Part shown: one piece after another, positions 12,159 to 24,424 of the stretch | Layout: every line of letters starts with the position of its first letter | How positions within the stretch are numbered: the first letter of the stretch is position 1 | From: Vicugna vicugna | Lineage: Eukaryota | NCBI GenBank assembly: GCA_013265495.1 | Contig: MU058387.1 | Coordinates: 930,001 to 994,000, forward strand | Length of the DNA: 64,000 bases | Direction of reading: 5' to 3' | Program-made: the position numbers and the translations under genes | Notes under the pieces: generated by a model | Databases searched by the model: none | Told to the model about the DNA's origin: nothing | What the model saw: only the letters and a program-made list of their open reading frames with translations

Positions 12159-14499
12159 GGACCACCTCATTTTTCTTTTCAAAGAGATTCCTTGTATCAA
12201 ATACCATTTCCCATTAGTGTCTCATATAGTAGTAATAAGCAATTGTATTTGTAGTAGTGACAGAAGGGAGAAGGAAGCAAAGTAGGTTGTCATAGACACA
12301 GGCAACAGAGGGCCCTTCCTAAAATCCTACACCTTAGATGACCCTCTACCCTGGTTGTCCTCAGCTTTGTCCCACAGGACAAGAAAGGTGTGAGTACAAG
12401 GGACCGCTTCTAGGTCACATTAGGTTGTTTGCAGCCCTAGAATTCCCTGACTCAGTGTCCTTGAACTTACTTCTAGTCCTGCACAGGCCTCTTGAGGGCC
12501 CAGAAGAATGCCCTCCGTCAGGGTCTGGGAGGAGCAGGGGTATGGGATTGGGTGGAACTTGGATGTTAAGTGGTGGAGGTTCGTACACACACACAGGACA
12601 TCATTCCTGCTGAGGAAAAGAATTGGAGGTGGGCAGGGAAGAGGTGAAGTCCAGGGGTCTTTGGTGGTACCCTTTTCTCACTCAGGCCTGGCAGATTTTT
12701 AAGAGAGGGGCTTATAGGAGAGAGACGGAAAAAAAAAAAAAGGAGGCACGGGTGGGAGGTAGGGAAATACACAGATGCACTTGGGTTTTCGGGTCCTTGA
12801 ATTTGCATCCTTATTTCTTAGGGAAAAGAGAGCTGGAGCTTCTGTGAAAAACTGGTAGGGTCGGATCAGGGAGCTTTCTTTGGCTTTATTGTGCTCTGAT
12901 GGGCAGGAAGCACACATAGGCACAGCGAGAGGAGAGAGAGAGAAACTGATTGTTAAGATGATGATAATTGCTCCTGGGAAACCAGAGCAGCTGTTGTGTA
13001 TTGATTTAAGACAACAGCGCTGCCCACTTCCATGAGCCTTTAGATGTGGCTACCGAGGCAGCTTTGTGCTTCCAGCCCTCCCCAGGGGTTCCCTACAATT
13101 AACCCCGATTCCCCGAGGTTCCATTCAGTTGCTTGCAAATTCTGTTTCTGGCCACCTGGAAGAGCTGGACTCACACAGCTGCCCAGAGGAGTGATTATCC
13201 CCAACGTCACGCCGCTCTCTTCATGCCTCCAGAGACCCACGGCTGAGGTGCTGGGAGAGATCCTGTGTTTGGGGGTTTGGCGTTTACAGAATCAAAGTGC
13301 TTTAAGAAACTGCAAATCTACCCACTGTTCCCTAAAACTGACAGGAGGCAAGCGCTGTGAAAGCCAATGGCTACTTTGCAGAAGGAGAAAAATGGACCCG
13401 GAAACAATATTTCTGTCCCCAAGCAATGGCTGAATCTCTACATTGTCCACGGTACCCATCTGACCTTCCTTCCTTCCTCCATCTGCACAGTCATTCTCCT
13501 TGACTGTACATTTTAATTGCACAAGATTTCCTTGGTCTATTTCAAAAGTGTGGTACCAAATACAGTATCTAGTTCAAATCTTTTTCCTCGCCCACCCACT
13601 TTTTTTTTTTGATTGCTTCTGCAAAGCACTAAGAGATTCAGCTCATTGACCTTGCGGCACAGCCCATCCTTCTCTGAACAGTTCTAATTTCTAACTCCTG
13701 TTGAGGGCCACTGTGTGAAGGCATTGTTAGGTTTCCATGCCCACTCAATCCCCAGCCTCCCGTCTTAAACTGCCAACAGCACCAATTAGGACCACATGTG
13801 GTGTGAGTTTGCACAGTGGCTGTTGTAGCCAAGTCCTTAAAATGTGGCCAAAATGCAAATTGGCCTATAGACAAGTTCCTGGGTGTGAGTTCAGGGGAAA
13901 AAGTTTAAGTACCACAGTATAAATATCAGTCCTTTAATTCCCTGCACTTCCTGGCATGCTTTATACCTTTAAAGTGAAATAGGCAAAAAGACTTGGAGTG
14001 TTCCAAAAGAGAAAATATGACAAAATACTTTAAATAAAATTAGGAGGGTAAATCATTTAAAACTTAGCTGAGAAGCCTTAAGGAAAGAGAAGATGGGTGC
14101 CTGGGGTTTTGCGCCTGCAACTGCTCACATCACAGCAGAAGCCACTGAACTCTCACGTCCAGACCCTGGTGCCCCTCCCAGCTCCTTGGATCTTTTGCCA
14201 GTTACAAGAAATTCCACTGTCTGTGTCAGCTACCTTTTTTGTGAGTGTGGACATCGAATCCTGATTTCCCTGTGTGCTTCCTCTCCACGGATGTGCTCTG
14301 TTACCCCACGTTGTAACAGATCCCCTGAGGTTTTTTTTGCCACCTTTTCTTCTATTGTAGTTCTGTCTTCATGCTGAATTCAAGTCTGGGTATGTCTTCC
14401 CTGGAGAGTTAATAAAAATTCTCGAAAATCCTCCTTATTCAACTGTGCCCCAATCTGGGAAAAGTATGGGAAGAATAATGACTTAATAAACGGATACGA

Positions 14500-14930
14500 C
14501 TAAATGCTGGAGACGTGCATAGGCACCTTATTATACCATTGATTTAATGATCAAATGATTCCTGCAGTGTAATTATTGTTTCCCCCTTTATAAAGATGAA
14601 GAAACTGAAGTCGAATGAGGAAAGAAATTTGTTCTAATTCATACATCTACGAAGGGGTGGATGTGGTTTTCAAACCCGTTTGTCTCATCCACTAACTGAT
14701 ACCATCACGGAAAACAAGCATCAGTGCGGGTGGAGGGTACTGTTTACAAAGCACTCCCGACCTCCAGGCACACGGTTGGTGCTCTCCACGTATTTTCACT
14801 GAGCCTTCCTATAAAACTGAAGGCGTTACTTGCAAGGAAGTTGCAGGCAGGTTAGACGACTTGCCCAAGGCCGCACAGCCGGAAGATGTAGAGATGAAAG
14901 TCAAACACAGGTCAGCTGATGGGTACCGTC
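14500..14930 (-). mobile_element. Two adjacent MIR fragments
   Basis: CCCCTTTATAAAGATGAAGAAACTGAAG...GGTTTTCAAACCCG, followed by GGTTAGACGACTTGCCCAAGGCCGCACAGC...TCAAACACAGGTC. Confidence 0.6.
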
Positions 14931-17070
14931 TCCGCTCCTTCATTGTGCTGAACTTTCTCCTCCATCAAGAGGCCCCACTGGTCTGTGAGACACATGGGTC
15001 ATGGGGCCCCTTCACGTCTCAAGAGGAACACCAGGGCAATGTGGGACACCCCGGCTCCAGCATGTCCTGTCAAGAGGGGATCTGTCAGTCACCACTTCTG
15101 TTTGCTCACTCATAAACTTAGTTCTCCCTTGTAGGAGATCAGCCAGCGCACACTTCAAGAACCCTGAAACATGATGCCATGTTTCTTAAAATAGGCAGAA
15201 GACCCTCAGGCCCTGAACACTGGTTCTCACATTGCTGTAAGATCCTGTTTCCCCAAGTCTCTCACGTCTGTGAAGTTGGTGGGGCCAATAGGGCATTCAG
15301 TGGGGATTATTCCCATGCTCTACCTGGTGGCAGGTCATCCTCATTGAATAACTCGATTTTGGGGCTCACCTTGTGACATCACTGACATCACTCAATGAAA
15401 TGTATACGTACTTGTTCTGGCCAGTGGGCATTTTGGCCAAATTAGAATTGAGTTATTTCTCTGTATTTCCTCTGCCGGGCAAGGCAAGTGGTTGTCCAGA
15501 TCATAATTTGGACTTTAGCAAGAAAAGAAAAATCTTGCTGGCCAGATCAAGTAATTTCCCTCATGTATCAAGCCCTCACCTCAAGATTAGAAGTGGTCAT
15601 TCTTGATCCAGCTGGGTTTAGTCAGCGACCTGGGCTCCGTGTATATCTTATTACCAACGCCCAGCGGCACAAACCACAGCCTGTCTAAGTATTTGCATGG
15701 AAAACAACCCTAACCAAAGATTACGCAGTTTGGGCTGGGAAAAGCAATCCGTCCCATTTACAAACATCTGCCGGAAAGGTCAGATGTAGGCTGGCTAGTC
15801 CCTGGGCTCTGATTCTGAAGACTATTTTGGTCCCAAGGACTGTGTCCAAGGGAAATTAAAATTCAAAGAGAGTGATCCAACTTCAGGCGGAAATCTCTGA
15901 CAGTTAACTCAAATTCCGTCCAAACTAAGATTTCACGGTCTTTTTCGAAAGGTGTCAGACCAGAGAGACAAGTGAGAGAATTGATTACTTTTGTTGAAAT
16001 ACATAGAGCAATAGGGGAAAGTGTTTGTATATGTGTGTGTGTGTCTTCAGAGAGAGAGAAAGAAGGAGAGAGGGAGAAATTACTGCTAGTGCATCTTAAA
16101 TTCAGGATCTTGTTCTCCTGTCTGTGAACCCTTAAATAAATTGCTTTCAGGTAACCAATGTGCTCCTAACAAAATATGGAACATTTAATCTAATTTTTTT
16201 CATGGGAAGTTACGCTACAACTCAAGTTAATTGAAAATAAAGTCCTTCATAATAATGTGCAGTTTAAGCAATGAGAACAACAGAGACTATCAGTTTCCAT
16301 TTCAGAGTATTGGAATGAAACATTCTTTCAATTTGGGGTCAGTGAACACATACTGTTATAATTCGGTACAAGCCTGTATCTCGAAGAGCTCATTTCCCTG
16401 ATCTGATCTGACCAGGGATGTATCTGTCAGGGAAATTCATTACCAGTCTCCCAGCAATGCCAAATGAAGTGAACCGCTCAGCAGGGCACACTGCACATGG
16501 ACAAGAAGCAAAACCTACGACTATTTATTGGCTACTAAGAGAAATTTCCTTTTAGGATCCGCAAATATGGCTTTAATTTAGTGGGGTTTATTTTGAGGTG
16601 GTGGGGAAAGATGAGGGGACAAAGGAGGAGGGGAAATTTCCGAACACTCTTTCTCATGTAAACGGAACGGCATGTTTCCACTCCTGGTCTACGAACAGGA
16701 GAGAAACACCAGTACAGCCAACTTTCTTGCCTGTATCAAATCCCCGTCTCGGCATCTGGGCTTGCGTGTGGTAAGGGCTAAATCCAGAGGGTGCCTTCTC
16801 CTCAATAGCTGGGAACCAGAATTTTTCACCTATCCCTTTATTTTGACTGTCTTCACTGTTATCCTAATTATGATCTAGCAATTGCCTTATCCATCAAAGT
16901 GAAGAGATAGGATTTGTTGCATTTACGTTCAAGGTTGTGCTTGGATTTGCAAGGGTGTTTGTCAGAATGGTATTAAGTCTTCACCCTTAAACAGAATTTT
17001 AGCGCAGGGAGCATTTGTTGGTTTGTTATTTGAAACCTATTGTGATTGGACGCTCAATGGGCTACCAGAG

Positions 17071-17555
17071 TGTGGTAAATTAAAGACAGCTGCAAGTTCT
17101 TTGAGGGATGGGGTGAAATTCTACTCCCCGTAGGTTGGTCTAAGTGACTTATTCAACTAATAGGATGTGAAGGAAGTGGAAGTTGGACATTCCAAGTAGG
17201 TTGTAAGAAGTTTAGCAGTTTCGTCCCAGGTCTCTTGGATTGCTCACTCTGTTAACCCTGGACTGCCATCTAAGAAATTTGACAACCCTCCCACCCCAAA
17301 TCAAGACTTCCATCATGTAAGCTCTTGGTCAACATTTGGGCTGAGTCTAGCATTTGGTCATCTCTGCTAATGTGCCAGAGATGCCCTGTATCCATTGGAC
17401 CAGCCTATCCACCTGATTCTCAGCACCTGGAGCAAAAAAAAAAAAAAAAGTTCACACCTCACATGTCAACCCCAAGAATCATGCGGGCAAGTAATAAAAT
17501 GTTTTAAGGCATTACTTTCAGGAATATTTGTTAAGCACGAGTAGATTCCTGAACG
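17071..17555 (+). mobile_element. MaLR LTR, MLT1H/G-like
   Basis: TGTGGTAAATTAAAGACAGCTGCAAGTTCTTTGA start; AGAATCATG...TAATAAAATGTTTTAAGGCATTACTTT...TTTGTTAAGCA..GTAGAT...GAAC end. Confidence 0.7.
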
Positions 17556-18029
17556 AAGCGTGATTCGACAATGGAAGCACACTACTTTATACACTGGAAT
17601 GGTCTTCTAGTTCTTGTCTTTTTTTTTTTTGCCATTTGTTTAATCCATTGAATTTCAGATTGAGTCTCACTCCCTCTTAAAGCACCCTCTGTCCCTGCCT
17701 CTGCCCAGGGAAGATTAGATCCTCATTCTCTTTATTTACTAATGCCTTCAGGGGAGGTAATTTTAAAATTAATCGTTTGTTCATGCAGGAAACATGAATT
17801 GGACATCTACCACACGTAAGTCATCACGTTCACTGCTGGGAAAATTGAAGAACCACTCACTTTCTTTTCTGTACTCTGCAAACCTAGCACATGTGTAGTT
17901 GGAATTCGACACATGCTGATTTTTGCTAAAATCACACTGAGGATGTACTCTGTTTTCTCATGTAGCTAACTGGTTTGACCTGATTGCTATATTTATTGTT
18001 CTACAATAGAGATCATAACATTGATGGCA

Positions 18030-18305
18030 AATAGAACCTAGTTCAAATTCTGGCTGGTCAAATGTAAGGTGTGTGACCTAAGTAAAATGTGTTTTTGCTT
18101 TCCTTCTTGATGAAAGCATCCTGATGAAGCCAGAAGGCCTGGGGGTTAAATCCCAATTCCACCACATCTCCGCAAGTCCTCAGTTTCCCTATCAGTAAAG
18201 TGGGGCTGGTATTACCCAACTCCTAGGGTGATTATGAGAATTAAACAAACTAATGTGTGTAAAGTGGCTTAGGACAGTGTCTTGGGTATAGTGAACACTA
18301 GAGAG
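18030..18305 (+). mobile_element. MIR SINE fragments
   Basis: CTAGTTCAAATTCTGGCT...GTGTGACCTAAGTAA; CCTCAGTTTCCCTATCAGTAAAGTGGGG...GAGAATTAAACAAACTAATGTGTGTAAAGTGGCTTAGGACAGTG. Confidence 0.75.
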
Positions 18306-18595
18306 GCATTTTTAAATAAAATTATTTTAAAATGTACCATTTAGAATTGTACCTGGTGTAAGACAGGCATGATAAAAAGTATCTTTTCTCATGCCATGCT
18401 TTTATTTTGCCCATTTACTTGGCCTCTTGGCATTTAAAAAGAAGTAGCAAATGTATATGTGGTTTATCTTTTTTTTCCTAAGCCTGTGGCTTGTCTTTTC
18501 AGTTTTTTAACCATAACCTAGAGGATTTTGGGATTAGAAGACAAAGTCACAGGAGTTGGGGAGGGCAAAGGAAGAACTAGATGGTGCTAAACATG

Positions 18596-20073
18596 TTATT
18601 AAAGAGTACCTACTTTTAAATGCACATTCTGATGAATTTTGACAAATGTATACACCTGTGTAACTACTGCAACCAAAATATACACCATTACAGTCACCTC
18701 GAGGAAGGAGAAGTTCCCTCATATTTTTTCACAGTCCCATTCCCAGTTCCACTCCTGGCCTGAGGCAACCACTGACAAACTTTCTGTCACGATAGATTCA
18801 TCTGTTTTCAATTTCAAATAAAAAAGATGATGGAGTATGTGCTTTTGAGTTTTGCTTCATTCATTCATTCAGCATGTTTCTCTTTTGGGATTTATACATG
18901 CTGTTGATGTATCTGTAGTTTTTCCCTCTTCAATTCTCAGTTGTAGTCTACTGTATGGATACACCATCATTTGTCCATTCACCTACTGATGAACATTTGG
19001 GTTATTTCCAGTTTTTGGCTCCTGTGAATAGAGCTGCTGTGAACAGTAAAATTTTTGTGTAAACTCAAGTTTTCACTTTCCTGAGTAAATAACTAGGATT
19101 GCAATTTTTGGATTATATGCTAAGTGTATGTGTTTAACTTGTCGGAAACTGTGAAACTATTTTCCAAGTTGTATCACTTTACAATCCACCAGCAAATGTA
19201 TGAGACTTCCACTTGCTCCAAATCCTTTTCAAAACTTGGTATTGTACATGTTTTTAACATTAGCTAGTTTAGTAAATGAATCATGGCATTTCATGTCGGT
19301 TTACTCTGCATTACTCCGTCGACTATTGATTTTAAGCATTTTAAATACTTTTATTGTCATTAATTCATTTTCTTTTGGGAAATGTTCATAACTTTTGCCT
19401 TGGGTTAAATATAATTGAGCTATAAGTTCTAGTATCCAGTATATTCTAGGTACAAATCCTTTGTGAGACAGATGTATTACACTTTTTTTTTTAGCCTGTG
19501 GCTTGTCTTTTCAACTTTTTAAACCATATCTTACAAAAATAAGAATATTTTAATTTTATAGAGTCCAAGTAATCAAGCTTTCTTTTATGTTTCACGCTTT
19601 TGGGGTTCCAATTTGAATCTATTCTAAAGTTATAAAAATGTTCTCTTGTGATTTCTTCCAGAAGTTTTATAGTTTTAGACTTTATAGTTAGCTCTATGAT
19701 CTGTTTCAAGTTAATTTCTGTGTGTGTCAAAAGACAAAAGCCTAGTTTTACTTTTTGTTTCAAATTAATATATATATTGTTTTAAACACATTTGTTAAAA
19801 AGACTATCTTTTCCTTACCTGGGCAACTGTGTGATATACAAATTAATTATATATATACATATATATGTATGTATATATATAGTTAGTAAGCTGTCCATCT
19901 ATATGTTTATTCTTATACAGATACCAAAAGAGTCCTGGTTATTGCAGCATTATAGAAGTTTTGAAATCAGGTGTTTTAAGTCCTCCAGACTTGCTCTGCT
20001 TTTTCAAAATTATTTGACCATCCTAGGTTTTTTGTATTTCCATATATACTTTAAAAACCAGAGTTTTAATTTC
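18596..20073 (-). mobile_element. Old L1 (L1ME-like) 3' UTR and ORF2 3' part
   Basis: GATGAATTTTGACAAATGTATACACCTGTGTAAC and CTGAGGCAACCACTGA 3'UTR motifs; ORF 19491-19763(-) KTIKLLEE...IKLK...KKLKRQATG is ORF2-like. Confidence 0.85.
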
Positions 20074-20074
20074 T

Positions 20075-20930
20075 GGCAATCAGAAAGCTGATGCCCTAAC
20101 CCAGGTAGGAGCCCTAGCAACTGACCCTCCAGCAGAGACAGCAGGTTGGGTGCATGAAAAGCACAGCCACTGCAGTGCCCAGGTGGGATGGTACATCGCC
20201 AGCAATACCAGATTGCCCTTGAAATGCAGTGGCTTGTTTAATATGGTGAAAACATGTCCTGTGTCTTCTAAATGGTGCCCAAGGCAACTGCCAATGGAGT
20301 CTGGAGCCATCCCCCAGAGTTCCTGACCAGTAAGTGTTGGCAAGTTGATTATATTAGCCTTCCTCGCTCAGGGAGGGTTTTAAATAGACTTGGTTTATGT
20401 AGACTCTGCATCTGACCTAACACAAAGTTTTCCCTGTCACCACAAAAACCAAGCTGCCACCTTGGGGGCTTGAAGAAGCCGAGTACCGTGTACAGACACC
20501 CTTGTTGAATAGACAGTAATTGGTGTTACATTTCAAAGGTCATGATGTACAAGACTGAGCAAAAGAACATGGCATTGAGTGGAGAGTCTACCTTCCTTAT
20601 ACCCTGAAAGCATCAGGGCTGGTAGGAAGGAAAATGGAATATTGAAGCAGCAGATTAAATTATTAACAGGTGAAGCCGCTGTGGCCGGGTGGACTGAAGT
20701 ATCATCCCAGGCTTTAAGGAATTTGAATGATCAACCAGTAAGGCCTATCGAAATGCACTATACATGCATCACTGAAAGAGGGGAGAAAGTGGGGGTTCTG
20801 ATCTGGCATATTCCACCCCCAGCCCACCTCCTCACTCCTGACAGTGCTACCTCATTCAGCCACCACGTGTGGTACATACAAGGTCAAATTCCTAAAGCTA
20901 CAGCCACAGAACTATCTAAGGATCAGGTAA
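20075..20930 (+). pseudogene. pol: Endogenous retrovirus pol remnant: RNase H end + integrase (class III, ERV-L/ERV-S-like)
   Basis: Manual translation gives GNQKADAL (20075-20098), zinc finger HEKHSH-X28-CPVS (20153-20266), WQVDYI (20338-20355), then HFKGHDVQD*AKEHGIEWRVYLPY..ASGLVGRK/NGILKQQIK. Frameshifts and stops present. Confidence 0.88.
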
Positions 20931-20944
20931 CAAGTGTAATTTTT

Positions 20945-21095
20945 CAAAATTATTATTATAATTTTGTTTGTTTGCTGGCTTTGGGGGAGGTAATTAGGTT
21001 TATTTATTTATTTTAATGAAGGCACTGGGGATTGAACCCAGGACCCCCTGCATGATAAGCACGTGCTCTACCACTGAGATACACCCTCCACCCCC
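20945..21095 (-). mobile_element. tRNA-Ala-derived SINE (Vic-1-type) inserted in the provirus
   Basis: Minus strand GGAGGGTGTATCTCAGTGGTAGAGCACGTGCTTATCATGCAGGGGGTCCTGGGTTCAATCCCCAGTGCCTTC followed by AATAAACCTAATTACCTCCCCC tail. TSD ACAAGTGTAATTTTT (20930-20944) / ACAAATGTAATTCTT (21096-21110), 13/15 identical. Confidence 0.9.
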
Positions 21096-21399
21096 ACAAA
21101 TGTAATTCTTAGAAAAAGACGAGAATTTCCCATTCCAGTTGCTACTAAATATCTGCCTTTTTGACGTCAGACGTCTGCTACTGCCGTGGTATCTGGTCAT
21201 GGGATGGGCATCTAATGGAGATTTCTTTTTACAGTGACTTTTGTAGACCTGGCAAAGAAATTAATCTAACTCTTAGATGTGTGTGCAGCTGCCCCGCTCT
21301 AGTTCATCAGGAGTTTAGCAGGTATCACCACCACTCCAGGGAGGGGATCAGAAGGCCCTAGAGCAGGGCATTAAGGAAGAACAATCCAGAGCTAGTGCT

Positions 21400-22715
21400 C
21401 TTAATCATCTGATCTTACCAACACTGATCCAGAAACTTGGCCTGTGGCACACACCATCAACAACCCTGGGGAGTCAGTGTGCTCCTCAGCTCCCGTGCTG
21501 AGCTCTCACAGGGCTTCCCAACGGAGGCAGGGAAAGCAGGAAAGATCCACAGTGGTGCTTTTTAGATGCTGGCTGAGCAGATCTCAGGGATGGGAGAGGA
21601 AATCTGTGCTCACGCCAGAGCTGTTCAGGAAAGGACCGAAAAAAAAAAAAAAAAAACAACTAGGCATAGATACTCTTTTCAATCAAATGACCCAGGCAGG
21701 GCAAACTGCTGGAAAGATCCTAAAAACACCAGCATTAGCGCCATGGGTGCTATGCTGAGATTTGGGGTGGCTTATCCTAGGTTATGGACAGTTGAACATC
21801 CAGGCAGCCGTATTTTGGGAATAGAAAAATCACTCTAAGCAGAACCAACCCAGTTGCACTGAGGATACACAATGGATAACACTGCAACAGTGTAGTCGTT
21901 CTGTCACATTGAAGGTTAGCCACTGGCTTGGCACTGACTGGCTGTGCTGCCCCGGTATTTATTGGGCAGCCCTGAATGGGACTCGGCAGTGTGTGGCACA
22001 TATCTTTGGCTATGGTTTCCATCTGGGGGGTTGGGCTGCAGCACCCTGAGTTTTCCCTTGGCACAGGAGAGAATCCATCACTTGGTAACAAAAATTGCTA
22101 ACCTCTCTCTCCTCAAGGCCAGATAGGCATATTCTATTTTCCATTGATAGGATCATTTGGTTGCCATATTTGACCCCTCCACTGGCCCAGAGGACATTAT
22201 AGCACACACAGAAGCCCTTACTAGATTTATCCAACAGACCTAAATGATAGTGGGCAATGCATGTCTTTACTGAATGCTAAAATGTCTCTAGTGAGAAAAT
22301 CTGTCCTCCAAAATAGAATGACCCTGGACATTATTACTGTCTTGCAAGGAGACAGCAATGCTATTAGCCAGAGTGTTGTATATGTTCATACCCGATGAAT
22401 CTGCTAACGTATCATCTTTATGAAACCACAAGTCTACACAAGTGAATGCCTTGAATGATTCAACTCCCAAGGGGACTTACCAAATCAGTGGCTTGAATCA
22501 TGGTGCTCTTGTTGGAATTTTTTTTTTTTTTAGTTAGATTGGGAATCATAAACTTGATCTGTGTTTTCTCTGGTATGTGCGTCTGTTGCTGCTGGGGTCT
22601 CTACCTCCTGTACAGCCAGATAGTGACCAAACGAGACACCTCCATGCTAGTTAAAACCTATTACTGGGACCACTCAGGGCACATAGTGGTAGAGAGGGGG
22701 GTGTATGATTCTTAA
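21400..22715 (+). pseudogene. env: Endogenous retrovirus env remnant (gamma-type SU/TM, EnvR(b)/PABL-like)
   Basis: Across frameshifts: GIYWAALNGT../CGTYLWLWFPSGGLGCSTL; decayed furin site KAR*AYSIFH**DHLVAIF; immunosuppressive domain RKSVLQNRMTLDIIT (LQNR.. at 22306-22338); ECC/MFIPDESANVS; then a hydrophobic TM LGIINLICVFSGMCVCCCWGLYLL. Start boundary approximate. Confidence 0.9.
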
Positions 22716-22726
22716 GAGTTGATCAC

Positions 22727-22780
22727 AAGGGGCAGAGTTTTGGTAGAGGTCATCGAATGTGACTGTTGGCTAATTCCATC
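22727..22780 (+). mobile_element. Putative polypurine tract and start of truncated 3' LTR
   Basis: AAGGGGCAGAG (22727-22737) lies immediately after the env stop, followed by TTTTGGTAGAGG (possible decayed TG start). Confidence 0.45.
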
Positions 22781-23079
22781 ATCTCTCTCATTTCTATGTT
22801 ATCACAGTTACCAACAGTTTCTTTGGTGATATCTAGAGGTGAAGTAGGCAAATGAAATTAATACCTCTGCTGTGAATGTTTTAGGGAAAGAAATTCTAAA
22901 ACAACAACAACAACAAAATGTAACTAAAAGCAAACCACAATGTTTGCTATCAGCTTTATTCTACACTTTGATTCTTAACATTAATCAGTCAACTTCCACA
23001 TTAATAAAAGTTGACCATAGTTGTTTCCAAATAAAAAGAAACTAACTTAGAAAAAACCTGACTGCTATTTTTCTTCATC

Positions 23080-23938
23080 ATGGTAACATTTTCTTTTCTC
23101 TTTGAATGTCTACTAATTTTTGAATACTTGTTAGACATTTTGACGTTATGTTGTGGAATGTCTGGATTTTGTTTTCTTTCTTTAAGGATGGCTGAGGTTT
23201 GTTTTGGCAAGCAGTTGGGTTACTAGCAGATCAGTTTGATCTCTTTAATCCTGTTTTGAAACTTTGCTAGGACCTGGCTAGAGTAGCCTTTTATTCAGAG
23301 ATTGACCCTTTTAGTTTTTCTACTCTGGCTTGTAGAACTCAAATATTTCCCCTTCTGATGTGAGTTCAGGGAATTGCTCAGCTTATGACTTTCTGCTGCT
23401 TCTTTTCTTGCCTTTTGAAGTTTTACTTTTCACATCTGTGATCACTTTGTGATGTGCCAAGTTGTCTAGACTAAACAAGACTCCTCAGGATTCCATCTCT
23501 AGTGTGTTTCAAGTTAGAACGGGCTTCAGGAGAGACAGCAGCCATTTTGTAGCATGCACACATCTCCCAGTTTACCAATTAAGCCATCTCGGTGTTGCTG
23601 TGAAGGAATTTTTCAGATGGAATTAAAATCATAACATTTAACTTTGAGTTAATCAAAAAGTTATCTTGGGTGGGTTTACTTAATCATATAGAAGGCATCA
23701 AAAGAGACCTAGGCTCTTACTGAGGAGAGAGGCCCCAAGCAGCAGCAAGGTTTGGCATTGCTTTCCCTTTCCTCTGGGTCTCCCTTCTTAACCACCTGGC
23801 TGTGGATGCAAGCTTCAGCTCAAGCTCATAGGGTTCCAGCCTACCCATGGGCTCCTCTTCCTAACTGGTTGCCTCACTTCTGCCTAATTTTATCAGCCCT
23901 CACAATTCCACAAGCCAATTCCTTGTGATAATAATAAT

Positions 23939-23990
<52 letters not shown>

Positions 23991-24410
23991 CATAAAATCT
24001 CTTTTCTGCTGATTCTGCTTCCATAGTTTAACCCTGACTTAAATAACATTCATGGTGTAATACTTATCCAATACTAATTGGAATCTCTTTAAAATGTTCC
24101 TGAGCTCACTTCCTGGGTAACTTCCTCTTTCTGTGGAACTCCGTCACGCGAATTTCACCTGCTTTTGCATCCTCTAACTCTGACCTTGGTCTTCTGAACT
24201 CAGTAAGACTACAGGATTCTATTTAGATTCCTCCTTCCTGCTAATAATTGCCTCCAGTCAGAACACCAATCTCGCCTCATTTTTCCCCCTTTTATTAAGC
24301 ATCATGTCCTGCACAGGATTTATTCATTGTCTGAAAGATAATTCTAGTTATTTAAGGTTGGGAGACGAGGTTCTAGATAATTACTCCAACATGGTTGAAA
24401 ACAGAAATCC
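23080..24410 (-). mobile_element. Old L1M/HAL1-type 5' region interrupted by an LTR
   Basis: GTCTGGATTTTGTTTTCTTTCTTTAAGGATG...TTTGTTTTGGCAAGCAGTT...CAGATCAGTTTGATC; resumes after about 24045 with TTCTGAACTCAGTAAGACTACAGG...TTGCCTCCAG. Confidence 0.55.
23436..24045 (+). mobile_element. ERVL LTR (LTR41/MLT2F-like) with internal (TA)n(TG)n microsatellite
   Basis: GTGCCAAGTTGTCTAGACT, CAGCAGCCATTTTGTAGC, GGTGTTGCTGTGAAGGAATTTTTCAGATG, CACAAGCCAATTCCTTG, TTCTGCTTC...AACCCTGACT; simple repeat at 23939-23990. Confidence 0.7.
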
Positions 24411-24424
24411 TTGGCCTAGATTTC

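Noticed and set aside
21400..22715. Functional syncytin-like env gene
   Set aside because: Multiple in-frame stops (including in the furin site), frameshifts, homopolymer expansions and loss of the first Cys of CX6CC.
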